A stretch of DNA of 64,000 nucleotides from an uncultured Spirochaetota bacterium (GCA_963845535.1 CAWJSK010000003.1:32994-96993), one strand, 5' to 3'; positions 9,437 to 19,544 are shown, numbered from the stretch's first letter. Numbers and translations are program-made. Notes: a model not told the origin generated them from the sequence alone.

Positions 9437-11433
9437 TGTTTCTCATGGAGCGCATGAAGAAGGTCGAGCTGCTGGTGCTCAAACGGGACGTGGATGGAAT
9501 CATGCGTTACCTCGGCTCCGCGGGCTGCCTGCAGCTCATTGCGGAAAATGGCGAGCAGACCGAACCCACCCCGGCAGAGCGTGATATTGCGGAGCTGAAG
9601 GTCCGTGTGGATGCGCTTGCGCGCTTTCTTGGCGTCACTGGCCGGCAGAGGGAGCGGACAGAGGTTCCCCACGTCATGGAGTCCCGGGACGCTTTACGCG
9701 CCGCTGCGGACGAGCTCATATCGCAAAACGCGGGCCTTGTCGCGGAGGAGAGCAGGCTTGTCCAGCAGCGGCTCGGCTTGAAAAGCAGCATTGAAGAGCT
9801 TTCCGCGTTCTCAGAGCTGACTGTTCCTTTTGGAGAGCTTGCGCACCTCACGTATTTTGCATTTCGCATGGGCTCGGTTCCCGTGGAGAGAGTGGAGGAA
9901 ATGACTCAGGCGCTGTCCACCAGGGCCGCCATTGTCTCCCTCCAGAAGCCCGGGCACATCATTGCCGTTGCTTCCCACAACGGCCGATTTGCGCTGGACA
10001 GCGAGCTGGCCAAGTTCAATTTCCTGCCCCTCGAGCTTCCTGCTGATGCAAAAGGCATTCCTGCCGAGGTGATCAAGGCGCTGGAGAGAGACCTCATTCA
10101 GACAGAGGAAGCTCTTGCCCAACTGGAGGAAAAAAAGAGCCTTGTCAGGCAGTCAAAGAGGGATCTCATAAGCGCGCTTCAGGAGGATCTGGACCTTGCC
10201 GTGACGGTGGATTCGGTCAAGCAGGGCTTCGCTTCCACGGGATCCGCGACGCGGATCAGCGGCTGGATTCCGCGGAGGAAGTTCCCTGAAGTGATCGCCG
10301 AGCTGGAAAGAATTTCCCAAGGCAGGCTTGCGCTCAAGACTTATGACCCTGAGGAGGTCCCCGAGGTGCGCTCGGGGAAAGTCAAGGTGCCGGTATCCGT
10401 TCACCACGGAAAGATCGTCCGCTCTTTCGAGCGCATGGTCTTCTCCTACAGCGTTCCCCTTTATGGGACCATCGACCCGACCCCCTTTGTGGCCGCGATG
10501 TTCGTTCTCCTTTTTGCCATCATGTTCGGGGATCTCGGGCAGGGGTTTGTCGGGCTTCTCATCGGACTCGTGATCCGCAGCGGCAGGGTCAAGTCCTTCG
10601 AGTCTTATCGGAAGAAGAACTTCGGCACGGTCTTCATTGTCGCCGGCGCGGCATCCATGATCACGGGGCTTCTGTATGGCGTATTTTTCGCCAATGAGCA
10701 GATCCTCGTTCCGTTTTCCCGGCTGGTGACGGGCGCCGTATTCGGCCGACCCATGGACCACATCATTTCCCTGGTCGGCTTCCAGAAGATCATCCTCTTC
10801 TTCGGTGTCACAATCGCCGTGGGCGTCGTCATAAACTCCATCGGTCTGATCATCAACCTCGTGAACACGATAAGCAGGCGCAGGTGGGAAGAGGCTTTCC
10901 TGACAAAGACAGGGCTCGCCGGGGCTCTGTTCTTCTGGTACCTGATCTTCGTCGCCGTGCGCGTGATCCTGGGAGGAAGCTTCGGCGGCGTGGACCTCGC
11001 GGTCCTTGCCGTTCCTCTTCTTGCCCTTTTTTTCCGCGAGCCCATCATTCGCCTTGCGGAGAAAAAGAGGCCCGTCCTGAAGGATGGTTTCTTCAGCTTC
11101 ATCATGGAAGGAATCGTGGAGATACTTGAATCGGGCATCTACTATATCTCCAATTCCGTTTCCTTCCTCCGCGTCGCCGCCTTCGCCCTGGCGCATGCGG
11201 TGCTCAGCACAATCGTGTTCCTCCTGGCCGACATGGTGGGCGGGGCGGCCGGAGGAATCGTGTTTCGCATCATCATCATCCTGATAGGAAACTCTATTAT
11301 CATTGTTCTGGAAGGCCTGATCGTGACAATCCAAGTGGTCAGGCTTCAGTATTACGAGTTTTTCTCCAAGTTCTTCACGGAATCAGGAGAGGAGTTCAGA
11401 CCATTTACTCTGCGTTCGGGAGGTGTGCGGTGA
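9436..11433 (+). CDS. atpI: A/V-type ATPase subunit I (a-type, membrane stator)
   Basis: ATG 9436 overlaps the preceding TGA. The protein has a soluble coiled N-half, then about 7-8 TM helices, ending in 'SFLRVAAFALAHAVL...IVLEGLIVTIQVVRLQYYEFFSKF'. This is the conserved Arg-containing helix region of subunit a/I. Confidence 0.9.
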   Translation: MFLMERMKKVELLVLKRDVDGIMRYLGSAGCLQLIAENGEQTEPTPAERDIAELKVRVDALARFLGVTGRQRERTEVPHVMESRDALRAAADELISQNAGLVAEESRLVQQRLGLKSSIEELSAFSELTVPFGELAHLTYFAFRMGSVPVERVEEMTQALSTRAAIVSLQKPGHIIAVASHNGRFALDSELAKFNFLPLELPADAKGIPAEVIKALERDLIQTEEALAQLEEKKSLVRQSKRDLISALQEDLDLAVTVDSVKQGFASTGSATRISGWIPRRKFPEVIAELERISQGRLALKTYDPEEVPEVRSGKVKVPVSVHHGKIVRSFERMVFSYSVPLYGTIDPTPFVAAMFVLLFAIMFGDLGQGFVGLLIGLVIRSGRVKSFESYRKKNFGTVFIVAGAASMITGLLYGVFFANEQILVPFSRLVTGAVFGRPMDHIISLVGFQKIILFFGVTIAVGVVINSIGLIINLVNTISRRRWEEAFLTKTGLAGALFFWYLIFVAVRVILGGSFGGVDLAVLAVPLLALFFREPIIRLAEKKRPVLKDGFFSFIMEGIVEILESGIYYISNSVSFLRVAAFALAHAVLSTIVFLLADMVGGAAGGIVFRIIIILIGNSIIIVLEGLIVTIQVVRLQYYEFFSKFFTESGEEFRPFTLRSGGVR

Positions 11434-11738
11434 AAAAGAGGTTCATTCTTTCTGCGGTGCTTTTCCTGGTGGCGGCAGCGCCGGCTGTCTTCGCCCAGGC
11501 CACGGGGAACGCCCCAATCCCCGTTCACGTGTTCAAATTTCTGGGCGCCGCGGTCGCCGTCGGCTTTGCGACGCTTGGCGGCGGGATTGCCGTAGGGCAG
11601 ATCGGGGCCGCGGCCATGGCGGCCATGAGCGAAAACCCGGAGCTGTCAGGCAAGGCGCTGCCCTTTGTCGGCCTGGCGGAAGGTATCTGCCTCTGGGGAT
11701 TCATCGTGGCCCTCATGATCCTGTCGTCGGCCGGATGA
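11430..11738 (+). CDS. atpK: A/V-type ATPase proteolipid subunit K/L (c-type, single hairpin)
   Basis: The GTG start overlaps the atpI stop. There is a signal-like N-helix ('LFLVAAAPAVFAQA'), then a Gly/Ala-rich hairpin with the carboxylate 'GLAEGICLWG'. As I recall, the Thermus subunit L has the same layout. Confidence 0.85.
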   Translation: MKKRFILSAVLFLVAAAPAVFAQATGNAPIPVHVFKFLGAAVAVGFATLGGGIAVGQIGAAAMAAMSENPELSGKALPFVGLAEGICLWGFIVALMILSSAG

Positions 11739-11751
11739 GCCGGGTAGGGAC

Positions 11752-12057
11752 GTGGAGTTCCACGTAATCGGCGACGAAGAGGTCGTCATTGGGTTCCGGT
11801 TCGTCGGCGTGTCGGGAAGCGTGGCCACCACGGAAGAGGAGGCCCGGGAGGCATTTGCAGCCGTTACCGGGGAGGAAAAGGCGCGGGTGCTCATCCTCAC
11901 CGAACAGGTTGCGTCCCTTATTCCCCGGGAAGTCATGGACTGGCAGATGAACGGGTCGTATCCGCTGATTGTCGAGATCCCGGGGATAAGCGGGCACACA
12001 CCGGGGCGGCGGAGTCTCATGGACTCGATCCGCGACGCCGTGGGGATACACGTGTGA
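11752..12057 (+). CDS. atpF: A/V-type ATPase subunit F
   Basis: 101 aa. 'VIGDEEVVIGFRFVGV...ARVLILTEQVA...PLIVEIPG' is the typical V-type F pattern. Confidence 0.85.
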   Translation: MEFHVIGDEEVVIGFRFVGVSGSVATTEEEAREAFAAVTGEEKARVLILTEQVASLIPREVMDWQMNGSYPLIVEIPGISGHTPGRRSLMDSIRDAVGIHV

Positions 12058-12069
12058 CCGCGTCGGTGA

Positions 12070-12708
12070 ATGGAGTGGTTGGAGCACAGAATGGAAGTTC
12101 TTAAATCGGGTGATGCGCTGGAGAAGCAGGTCCTTGATGACGCGCGCGCCAAGGCCAGCCGGATATTGGCGGAGGCTGACCGTGAAAGCGCCGCGCAGCG
12201 CCGGGAATGGGAGCGCAGGACCGAGGACGACGTTCGAAAGATCGAGGCTGAAAAAGACTCACGGATCCAGGCGATGCGGCAGGAGCTCGCGGCTTCCCTG
12301 CCCCTGGATTTCATGCGCGCCCGCCTTTCCTACATCCAGGACTCTGTTGACCGGGCTCTCAAGGACTATTTCGCAAAGCTTGCCCCGGAGGGCCTCATTC
12401 GCATCGTCAGCGGGATGCTGCACCGGATCCCCCCTGTGTTTCGAGGCGCCGTTGTGGTGGCATATGCCTCGGGAATACGCTCGCAGGATGTGAAGCGCGT
12501 GGTGGAGGAAAACGTGCCGGGCGTCAGTGTCGAGGACGTGAAAGACCTGACGCAGGACGCAATCACGGACGGCGCGGACACGGGTCTGGTGCTGGAGGCC
12601 AAAGACGGCCGGATACGTTTTCGGGGGACCATGAGGGAAATGAGCGCGCAGCTCCTGGAGCAACACCGCGAGGAGCTGGCGGAGGCCCTGCTGGGAAGGG
12701 ACGTGTGA
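12070..12708 (+). CDS. atpE: A/V-type ATPase subunit E
   Basis: 212 aa. It has an N-terminal long charged helix ('[32 protein letters not shown]') and a globular C-domain. It sits immediately upstream of subunit A. Confidence 0.8.
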   Translation: MEWLEHRMEVLKSGDALEKQVLDDARAKASRILAEADRESAAQRREWERRTEDDVRKIEAEKDSRIQAMRQELAASLPLDFMRARLSYIQDSVDRALKDYFAKLAPEGLIRIVSGMLHRIPPVFRGAVVVAYASGIRSQDVKRVVEENVPGVSVEDVKDLTQDAITDGADTGLVLEAKDGRIRFRGTMREMSAQLLEQHREELAEALLGRDV

Positions 12709-12712
12709 GCAG

Positions 12713-14467
12713 ATGATCGAAGGCAAGGTAATCAGGATCAACGGTCCAATCATCAAGGCAACGGGCCTCGGAGCGAGCGGCCTCTACGACGTGGTGGAGA
12801 TCGGTGAGAAGCGGCTCATTGGAGAGATCATCAGGCTTGAAGCCGACACGGCGACCATCCAGATCTACGAAGAGAACACCGGCATGCGCGTCGGGGAGAG
12901 CGCGTGGTCCCTTGAACGGCCGCTCAGCGTTCACCTCGGCCCCGGTCTGCTGGGGGAGATCTATGACGGCATTCAGAGGCCGCTGGCGGAAATCAAGAAG
13001 ACCTCGGGCAGTTTCATCGCTCCGGGAATAAAGACGCCGCCTCTTCCCATGGACAAGAAGTGGCACTTCCAGCCCACCTGCACCGTGGGGGACTCCGTTG
13101 CACCGGGCGCCATCGTAGGCCAGGTGCAGGAATCCGCCACAATCCTGCACAAGATTGTCGTCTTCCCAACCACGCGCCCGTCGAAGATCGAATGGATTGC
13201 GCCGGAAGGAGACTATACAATCGGGGAAACCATCCTGAAGATGGCCGGCGGCGTGGAGATGTCCATGTCCCATTACTGGCCCGTGCGCAAGCCCCGGCCC
13301 TACATCGAGAAAATGGGAATGGATGAGCCCCTTATTACGGGCCAGCGCGTCATCGACGTCTTTTTCCCGATCTCACGCGGCGGCACCTCGGCCATCCCGG
13401 GCGGGTTCGGGACGGGCAAGACCATGACGCAGCATGCGCTGGCCAAGTGGTGCGACGCGGACATCATCGTGTACATCGGCTGCGGCGAGCGCGGGAACGA
13501 GATGACGGACGTTCTCACCGAGTTCCCCAAGATCCAGGACCCGCGCACCGGCAAGTCTCTCATGGAGAGGACGGTCCTGATTGCCAACACGTCGAACATG
13601 CCGGTAGCGGCCCGTGAGGTGTCCATCTACACCGGCGTGACGCTTGCCGAATACTACCGTGACATGGGGTATGACGTGGCCATCATGGCGGACTCCACCT
13701 CGCGGTGGGCTGAGGCGCTGCGAGAGCTGTCGGGACGGCTCGAGGAAATGCCCGCGGATGAAGGGTTCCCGGCCTACCTTCCCACGCGGCTGGCGGAGTT
13801 CTACGAGAGGGCGGGCAAGGTGAAAGCCCTGGGGGACCGTACGGGCTCCATCTCGGTCATTGGCGCCGTGTCGCCTCCGGGAGGGGACTTCTCCGAGCCG
13901 GTGACCCAGCACACCAAACGGTTCATCAGGTGCTTCTGGGCTCTCGACAGGGAGCTTGCCAACGCCCGCCACTACCCGGCCATCTCCTGGATCGACTCCT
14001 ACAGCGAGTACGCGGAGGAGATCAAACCGTGGTGGGAGAAGGTGAACCCTTTCTGGAGCGGCGTCCGGGAGAAGGCGTTGGACCTTCTCAAACGGGAGCA
14101 GAGGCTGTCCCAGATCGTCAAGTTGATAGGACCTGATGCGCTGCCGGACAATCAGAGGCTCATCCTCCTGATCGCTGAAATGGTGAAGAACGGCTTCCTC
14201 CAGCAGAGCGCCTTCGACGACATCGACATGTTCAGCGTTCCCGACAAGCAGGTGCGGATACTCAAGATCATCATGGATTTCTATGATCGCGCGCTGGCAA
14301 TCATCCAGCTCGGCGCTCCCCTCCTGAAGATCAGGGAGCTTTCCTGCCAGGAACGGATCGTCAGGGCCAAGTCCACCATCCCGAACGACCAGCTTGCCTC
14401 CCTGGACGAGCTTGATGCGCAGATGACGCGGGAAATGGATGAGCTGGAGAGGAGCTACAGCAAATGA
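12713..14467 (+). CDS. atpA: A/V-type ATPase catalytic subunit A
   Basis: 584 aa. It carries Walker A ('[10 protein letters not shown]'), '[12 protein letters not shown]' and '[12 protein letters not shown]'. Confidence 0.97.
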   Translation: MIEGKVIRINGPIIKATGLGASGLYDVVEIGEKRLIGEIIRLEADTATIQIYEENTGMRVGESAWSLERPLSVHLGPGLLGEIYDGIQRPLAEIKKTSGSFIAPGIKTPPLPMDKKWHFQPTCTVGDSVAPGAIVGQVQESATILHKIVVFPTTRPSKIEWIAPEGDYTIGETILKMAGGVEMSMSHYWPVRKPRPYIEKMGMDEPLITGQRVIDVFFPISRGGTSAIPGGFGTGKTMTQHALAKWCDADIIVYIGCGERGNEMTDVLTEFPKIQDPRTGKSLMERTVLIANTSNMPVAAREVSIYTGVTLAEYYRDMGYDVAIMADSTSRWAEALRELSGRLEEMPADEGFPAYLPTRLAEFYERAGKVKALGDRTGSISVIGAVSPPGGDFSEPVTQHTKRFIRCFWALDRELANARHYPAISWIDSYSEYAEEIKPWWEKVNPFWSGVREKALDLLKREQRLSQIVKLIGPDALPDNQRLILLIAEMVKNGFLQQSAFDDIDMFSVPDKQVRILKIIMDFYDRALAIIQLGAPLLKIRELSCQERIVRAKSTIPNDQLASLDELDAQMTREMDELERSYSK

Positions 14468-15882
14468 ACGGTCTGGAACACCGGGGGGTGACGAAGGTCG
14501 AGGGTCCCATCATCATCCTGGAACGGACGGAAGACGTGGGGCTCGGAGAGATGGTGATCGTCTACGACCGCGAGCGGAGCCAGAGGCAGGGACGCATCAT
14601 CGAGGTTTCGGAAAAGGCCGTGGCGGTGCAGATATTCGGTCCCAACACGGGGCTGTCCACGGAAAGCTCCGCGGTGGAGTTCAGTGGAGCCCCCATGGAG
14701 ATGAGGGTCTCCCGGGACATGCTGGGGAGGATCTTCGACGGCCTGGGACACCCCATGGACGGGTATCCGGCGTCGTTCAGCTCGCTCAAGCTGGACGTGA
14801 ACGGCGTCCCCATCAACCCTGATGCGCGCACCTACCCGAAGGATTTCATCCAGACGGGAATCTCCTGCATAGACGGGATGAACACCCTCATCCGCGGCCA
14901 GAAGCTTCCCATTTTCTCCGGCAGCGGACTGCCCCACAACAGGCTCGCCGCGCAGATCATCCGGCAGGCGAAGATCCTCACCTCGGATGAGCCGTTCGTC
15001 ATGGTGTTCGCGGCCATGGGGGTCAAGTACGACGTGGCCCGGTTCTTCATAGACGCCTTCGAGGACAGCGGCGTTCTTTCCAACGTCGTGATGTTCCTCT
15101 CCCTGGCGGACGACCCGTCCATAGAGCGCATCATCACGCCGCGCTGTGCGCTCACCGCCGCGGAGTACCTCGCCTACACGTGCGACATGCACGTGCTCGT
15201 CGTTATGACCGACATCACGAACTATTGCGAGTCCCTGCGCGAGGTCTCCACCATCCGCGGAGAGATCCCGTCCCGCAAGGGATACCCGGGGTACCTCTAC
15301 TCCGACCTGGCCTCGCTGTATGAGCGCGCGGGAAGGATCGAGGGGTCCAAGGGTTCCATCACGCAGATACCCGTCCTCACCATGCCCAGTGACGACATAT
15401 CGCACCCTGTCCCCGACCTCACGGGCTATATCACGGAGGGACAGATCGTCCTTGATCGGGAGCTGTTCCAGAAGGGGATATATCCGCCCATCGCCGGACT
15501 TCCCTCCCTTTCACGCCTCATGAAGGACGGCATTGGACCCGGCATGACCCGTGACGACCACAAGGAGCTTTCCTCGCAGCTTTTCGCCGCGTATTCCCAC
15601 GTCAAGAGCATCCGGTCCCTGGCGTCGGTCATTGGAGAGGAGGAGCTGTCCGATCTGGACAAGCGGTACCTCGCCTTCGGCGACAGGTTCGAGAAGGATT
15701 TCCTTGCCCAGGGCGAGCGTGAAAACCGCAGCATCGAGCAGACGCTCGAGCTGGGGTGGAGGATCCTCACGGCGCTTCCCCGCACGGAGCTGTACAGGAT
15801 CAAAGAGGAGACGCTGGAGAAATACTTCACGAAACATGAAAGCCAGGCCGCGGTTGAGCAGAGCGCCGCGGGAAATGCATAA
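14464..15882 (+). CDS. atpB: A/V-type ATPase subunit B
   Basis: 472 aa. It carries '[16 protein letters not shown]', '[14 protein letters not shown]' and '[18 protein letters not shown]'. The start overlaps the atpA stop (ATGA). Confidence 0.97.
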   Translation: MNGLEHRGVTKVEGPIIILERTEDVGLGEMVIVYDRERSQRQGRIIEVSEKAVAVQIFGPNTGLSTESSAVEFSGAPMEMRVSRDMLGRIFDGLGHPMDGYPASFSSLKLDVNGVPINPDARTYPKDFIQTGISCIDGMNTLIRGQKLPIFSGSGLPHNRLAAQIIRQAKILTSDEPFVMVFAAMGVKYDVARFFIDAFEDSGVLSNVVMFLSLADDPSIERIITPRCALTAAEYLAYTCDMHVLVVMTDITNYCESLREVSTIRGEIPSRKGYPGYLYSDLASLYERAGRIEGSKGSITQIPVLTMPSDDISHPVPDLTGYITEGQIVLDRELFQKGIYPPIAGLPSLSRLMKDGIGPGMTRDDHKELSSQLFAAYSHVKSIRSLASVIGEEELSDLDKRYLAFGDRFEKDFLAQGERENRSIEQTLELGWRILTALPRTELYRIKEETLEKYFTKHESQAAVEQSAAGNA

Positions 15883-16512
15883 ATGGCGCGCTACGACGTC
15901 CCGCCGACAAAATCGAACCTCTTCGCCGTCCGAGGCCAGCTCTCCATAGCGCGCGAAGGCTTCGAGCTTCTCGAGCAAAAGCGCGAGATCCTCATCATGG
16001 AGCTCATGCGCATGGTGGAGGAGGTGAAGCTTCTCGAACGGGACCTCGACAAACGGGTGGAGTCCGCGTACCAGGCGCTCCGGAGGACCATCGTCGGCCT
16101 GGGGCGTGAGACCGCCCGCGAGGTGAGCGCAGGGATAACCTTCGACTACGTCTTGAAAGAGAAGGAGACCAGGCTCATGGGGATCCCGCTCCCCACCATC
16201 GACGTCCAGACCCCGCACATGGCGCTGAAGTATTCGTTCATGAACACCAACGCCACGTGTGACCGCACGATGGTGGAGTTCTTCGAGCTGCTGAAGCTCG
16301 TGGCGCGGATGGCGGAGATCAGGACCATGGTGTGGCGCCTGGCCAAAGAAGTGCGGCGGACGCAGAGGCGCGTCAACGCCCTGGAGAAGATCGTGATCCC
16401 TGACGTCTTGGAGACCAAGAAGTTCATCGAGGACGTGCTGGAAGAGAGGGAGCGCGAAGTCTTCTTCGTGCAGAAGATCCTCAAGGCGCGGCTCCTGGGG
16501 GATAGAGTATGA
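15883..16512 (+). CDS. atpD: A/V-type ATPase subunit D (central stalk)
   Basis: 209 aa. It carries 'PTKSNLFAVRGQLSIAREGFELLEQKREILIMEL' and 'RRVNALEKIVIP'. Confidence 0.93.
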   Translation: MARYDVPPTKSNLFAVRGQLSIAREGFELLEQKREILIMELMRMVEEVKLLERDLDKRVESAYQALRRTIVGLGRETAREVSAGITFDYVLKEKETRLMGIPLPTIDVQTPHMALKYSFMNTNATCDRTMVEFFELLKLVARMAEIRTMVWRLAKEVRRTQRRVNALEKIVIPDVLETKKFIEDVLEEREREVFFVQKILKARLLGDRV

Positions 16513-16991
16513 AGTCATTGATCCAGACCATCGTGGTTGCCATCAGCGGGTCAGAGGCCTCCATCAGCGCGGCAAAGTACGGGATCATCATGTCGCGCCT
16601 CCTCGACCTGCGCCTGGTGTTCGTGTACGTGGTGGACACCGCTACGCTCCGCGAGCTTCTTCTCTCCAAGATCTTCGTGGAGGACGAAAGCAAGGAATAT
16701 GAGAAGAACCTCGAGGACAACGGCCACAGGTACCTGAAGTACGTCCAGGAGCTTGCCTCCAAGAAGGGCGTCCAGCCGGAAATGCTCATGCGCCGCGGCA
16801 CCATCTCCACGGAGGTCGTCGAGGCGGCGGAGGAAGTCGGAGCTGACATCATCCTCCTGGGCGGCTTCGAGGAAAGCAGAAGCATCCATGACGTTCTGAG
16901 CAGGCAGCAGCGGGAGATCGTCCGAAACGCGAAGTGCTCCGTCCTCATCGTCAAAGAGCCTGCCATAGATCTGGTCTACGACAAGTCCTGA
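16509..16991 (+). CDS. Universal stress protein (UspA family)
   Basis: 160 aa. 'IVVAISGSEAS...' at the N-terminus and 'IILLGGFEESRS...VVRNAKCSVLIVK' at the C-terminus match the Usp fold. The start overlaps the atpD stop (ATGA). Confidence 0.8.
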   Translation: MKSLIQTIVVAISGSEASISAAKYGIIMSRLLDLRLVFVYVVDTATLRELLLSKIFVEDESKEYEKNLEDNGHRYLKYVQELASKKGVQPEMLMRRGTISTEVVEAAEEVGADIILLGGFEESRSIHDVLSRQQREIVRNAKCSVLIVKEPAIDLVYDKS

Positions 16992-17030
16992 CCATCACGG
17001 GAACGCGTCCAGGGCGCGCCTCGTGCAGGC

Positions 17031-17083
17031 CCGCGCACAAGGTCCGCGCACAAGGTCCGCGCGCAGACGCGTCCTTGTGCGGG
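17031..17083. terminator. Structured convergent-terminator region containing a 13-nt tandem repeat
   Basis: CCGCGCACAAGGT occurs twice in tandem (17031-17043 and 17044-17056). GCACAAGG (17048-17055) can pair with CCTTGTGC (17073-17080). The region lies between the uspA stop (16991) and the stop of the convergent lipoprotein gene (17089). Confidence 0.35.
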
Positions 17084-17088
17084 AATCT

Positions 17089-18327
17089 CTACGCCGGCAG
17101 CTTCCACCTCAACAGCCTCAGGTCCCCCTGGTGGACCAGGACATACAGCCATCCGGAATCCTCCAGCGCGGAAAAGCTTTCGATGGGATCCTCACCAGAC
17201 TGCAGGACATACCTGTGGTAGCCGCGGAGCCCCCAGGCTGAACCGGGAGCGAGCAGGGAAAGCTCGTGCCGCAACCGACCGCCGCCCATGCTCGTGGCAT
17301 CATCATAGAGGTAGAGAAGCCTGTCGATCCTGTCATCCCCCCGCGCGGCGGACGCGTCATTCGAGGCCTGGCCCGCGGCGGAGGCCGAGGGCAGGATCAC
17401 CACCGTCGACGTCCCTTCGCTCACGGTAACGAGAGCCTTCGAGGTTCGCGAAGGGTCGTGGCCCTGGACCAGCATTTCCAGGCGCCGGGTCGAAGGGTCC
17501 CAGCTGAGCACGGCAAGACGGCCGTCAGACAGGAGGAGCGAGGATTGCACGGGGCCCGCTCCGTCGATCTGCGATCGATCATAGGAGGAGCCGTTCCAGC
17601 GGAACACGAGCAAAGCGCGTGAGACCGAGTCATAGACGGTCACGCCCCGCTGGCCGGGGGCCTGAGAAGCGCCGGGGACCTGGGCGCCCGGCGCCTGGGA
17701 AGCGCTGCCGAATGTCCCCGCGCGGTCTGCCGGTGTGAACGGATCCGCCAGGGAATCCACCGGCCCGGCGCCAGGGTAGGTCACGCGCAGGAGCGGCCCC
17801 GCGGCCCAGAAAAGGTCAAGGTGATCCGGCCCTGCCGGGAGGATGGCCACCGGCGTGCCGGGCGGCTCCAGCGCGTCCAGCGTCCATGCGGGGGCCCCCG
17901 GATCATGGGAGGCGACTTTGAGGATCAGCTTGTCCTCCGCCGCGCGCGCCATGTACATGACGGTGACCGTATCCCCGTGCGCGATTGTCACGTGCTCGCC
18001 AAATGTGGAGGCGAGCGGAGGCCCCATGTCGATCCGGTCGATCAGCTTCGCCGCCGGGGCGGCCGCGGGAAGCTTCTCCGAAGCCGGTATCTCCACCTCG
18101 TAGAGTCCGGTAGTCTCCCGGTCCGAGTAGACCGCCACGAGGAAGCCGGCCGCGCGCACGAGCGACGCCTGCGCGCCAAGCCTGCCTTTGGCGAGCAGGA
18201 GCGCTTCAGGGACAACCCTTTCGGAGCGTCGAAGGACGCCGCAGCCGGCGAGCAGCGCAACCGAGCAGATCACGAAGCACGGGAGCACCGTGCGTTTGAA
18301 CAGGAAGAGGAATCTTGTCTTGACCAT
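17089..18327 (-). CDS. Hypothetical lipoprotein
   Basis: It has a lipobox ('VALLAGC') after a basic N-terminus and an internal 'SQAPGAQVPGASQAPGQ' repeat. I recognised no catalytic motif. Confidence 0.7.
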   Translation of the reverse strand: MVKTRFLFLFKRTVLPCFVICSVALLAGCGVLRRSERVVPEALLLAKGRLGAQASLVRAAGFLVAVYSDRETTGLYEVEIPASEKLPAAAPAAKLIDRIDMGPPLASTFGEHVTIAHGDTVTVMYMARAAEDKLILKVASHDPGAPAWTLDALEPPGTPVAILPAGPDHLDLFWAAGPLLRVTYPGAGPVDSLADPFTPADRAGTFGSASQAPGAQVPGASQAPGQRGVTVYDSVSRALLVFRWNGSSYDRSQIDGAGPVQSSLLLSDGRLAVLSWDPSTRRLEMLVQGHDPSRTSKALVTVSEGTSTVVILPSASAAGQASNDASAARGDDRIDRLLYLYDDATSMGGGRLRHELSLLAPGSAWGLRGYHRYVLQSGEDPIESFSALEDSGWLYVLVHQGDLRLLRWKLPA

Positions 18328-18355
18328 GGTTTTCAGGAAAACCTATAGTATACGA

Positions 18356-19171
18356 ATGCTCGGGCGGTGTACAGACAAGCACCTTGCAACGCTGCGGCAG
18401 CGATACGGTGAGAAGAAGTTGTTTGAGGCCGCCGTCCGCCGCGAGCACCTCAACTACCAGCGGATCCACATCGGGGACGGCCCCGGCAGCGGGCGGGTGA
18501 AGTTCCTCCTGGCGCAGATGCACCAGACATACTACTTCGGCTTTTCGGAAAGCGCATGCATCCTTGCCGGCACGGTCCTGGAGCAGGCGCTGATCCATCG
18601 GCTGGCGGGATGCATGGCTCACAAGGGCCCGCTGGCGTTCACGAAAGGCGGAGAGAAACGCTGGCTGCAGACGAAGGGTGACCTCCTCGAGCTGGAGCTG
18701 GTCGACATGCTGGACCTCGCCCGGGCGGAGGGGATCATCCGGGACGGACGGACCCTCCTGCTTGCCCACGAGATCCGCTGGATCAGGAACATGGTCGTGC
18801 ATGAAAAGATTCCCCTGTTCAGCCCGAAGGACGGCACGATGCTCCAGTTGAACGTGGCCAAAAGCAGGAAGGGGAGGGTGCGCTACGCAAAGGTGCTCCT
18901 GGAAAAAGAGGAGGTCAGCGCGCTCCTGGAGTCGGAGGCTGTTCGGCCAAGGGATGGGGACGCGGCCGGTCCAAATGACGGGGACGCGGCGGGGCAAAAG
19001 CCGGCGCGCCCCAACAGCGGATACCGGGGCAGCGTCGCGGCCCAGCTCACGGCGTATTTCTGCGTGAGCCGCGTACGTATGATACTTCGCGCGCTTTTCA
19101 GCGAACCAACATCGAAAGGGAAAACAAACAATGAGAGTGGCGGTAGTCTTCTTCTCTGGCAAGAATCGTGA
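18356..19171 (+). CDS. HEPN-like (DUF4145-type) protein with an R-N-x-x-x-H motif
   Basis: 'LVDMLDLARAEGIIRDGRTLLLAHEIRWIRNMVVHEK' matches the HEPN Rx4-6H signature in its usual helical context. The C-terminal region has a 'DGDAAG' tandem repeat. The start is uncertain (ATG 18356 preferred over ATG 18326). Confidence 0.5.
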   Translation: MLGRCTDKHLATLRQRYGEKKLFEAAVRREHLNYQRIHIGDGPGSGRVKFLLAQMHQTYYFGFSESACILAGTVLEQALIHRLAGCMAHKGPLAFTKGGEKRWLQTKGDLLELELVDMLDLARAEGIIRDGRTLLLAHEIRWIRNMVVHEKIPLFSPKDGTMLQLNVAKSRKGRVRYAKVLLEKEEVSALLESEAVRPRDGDAAGPNDGDAAGQKPARPNSGYRGSVAAQLTAYFCVSRVRMILRALFSEPTSKGKTNNESGGSLLLWQES

Positions 19172-19544
19172 AAGGATCAGGGACCTCGCCAACGGGCTGG
19201 CCAAGGGGATCGAAAAGCAGGGGAACCAGGTCGACGTTTTCGACGCCAGGCGGGACAACAACGTAAAGCTTACGATCTACCAGTATATCGCCATTGGGAT
19301 GGAGCCCTCCGGATCGTTCTCGGGGAAGGTGCCCGACTCCGTGCGCTCCTTTCTTGCGGGCTCCGGCGTCGTGACAGGGAAAAAGAGCTACGCGTTCGTC
19401 TGCCGGTCCACTCTCGGAACCGCAAAATCGCTTACCAACCTGATGCGCAGCATGGAAGGTGAGGGGATGTTCCTCAAGAGCTCGGATGTGCTCAGATCAA
19501 GCGTCGAGGCTGAAGAGATCGGCAAGAGGCTGCACGTTGGCTGA
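19131..19544 (+). CDS. Flavodoxin-like-fold protein (FMN loop not evident)
   Basis: 137 aa with an alternating beta/alpha pattern ('MRVAVVFFSGKNRERIRDLANGLAKGI...YIAIGMEP...SYAFVC'). It lacks the T/S-x-T-G-x-T phosphate loop. It overlaps the upstream ORF by 41 nt. Confidence 0.4.
   Translation: MRVAVVFFSGKNRERIRDLANGLAKGIEKQGNQVDVFDARRDNNVKLTIYQYIAIGMEPSGSFSGKVPDSVRSFLAGSGVVTGKKSYAFVCRSTLGTAKSLTNLMRSMEGEGMFLKSSDVLRSSVEAEEIGKRLHVG

Noticed and set aside
10153-11334. 393-aa minus-strand ORF inside atpI, and similar ORFs at 14455-15405 and 15511-16518 inside atpB/atpD.
   Set aside because: They are antisense to canonical V-ATPase subunits. Their composition (Asp/His/Glu/Gly/Arg-rich) is typical of GC-driven shadow ORFs.
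18325-18328. A CCATGG site where the lipoprotein gene (minus, start 18327) and ATG 18326 of the plus-strand ORF would have overlapping, divergent start codons.
   Set aside because: ATG 18356 is an equally good start and avoids a zero-length divergent promoter region. The overlap is most simply a coincidence of a palindromic NcoI-type site.
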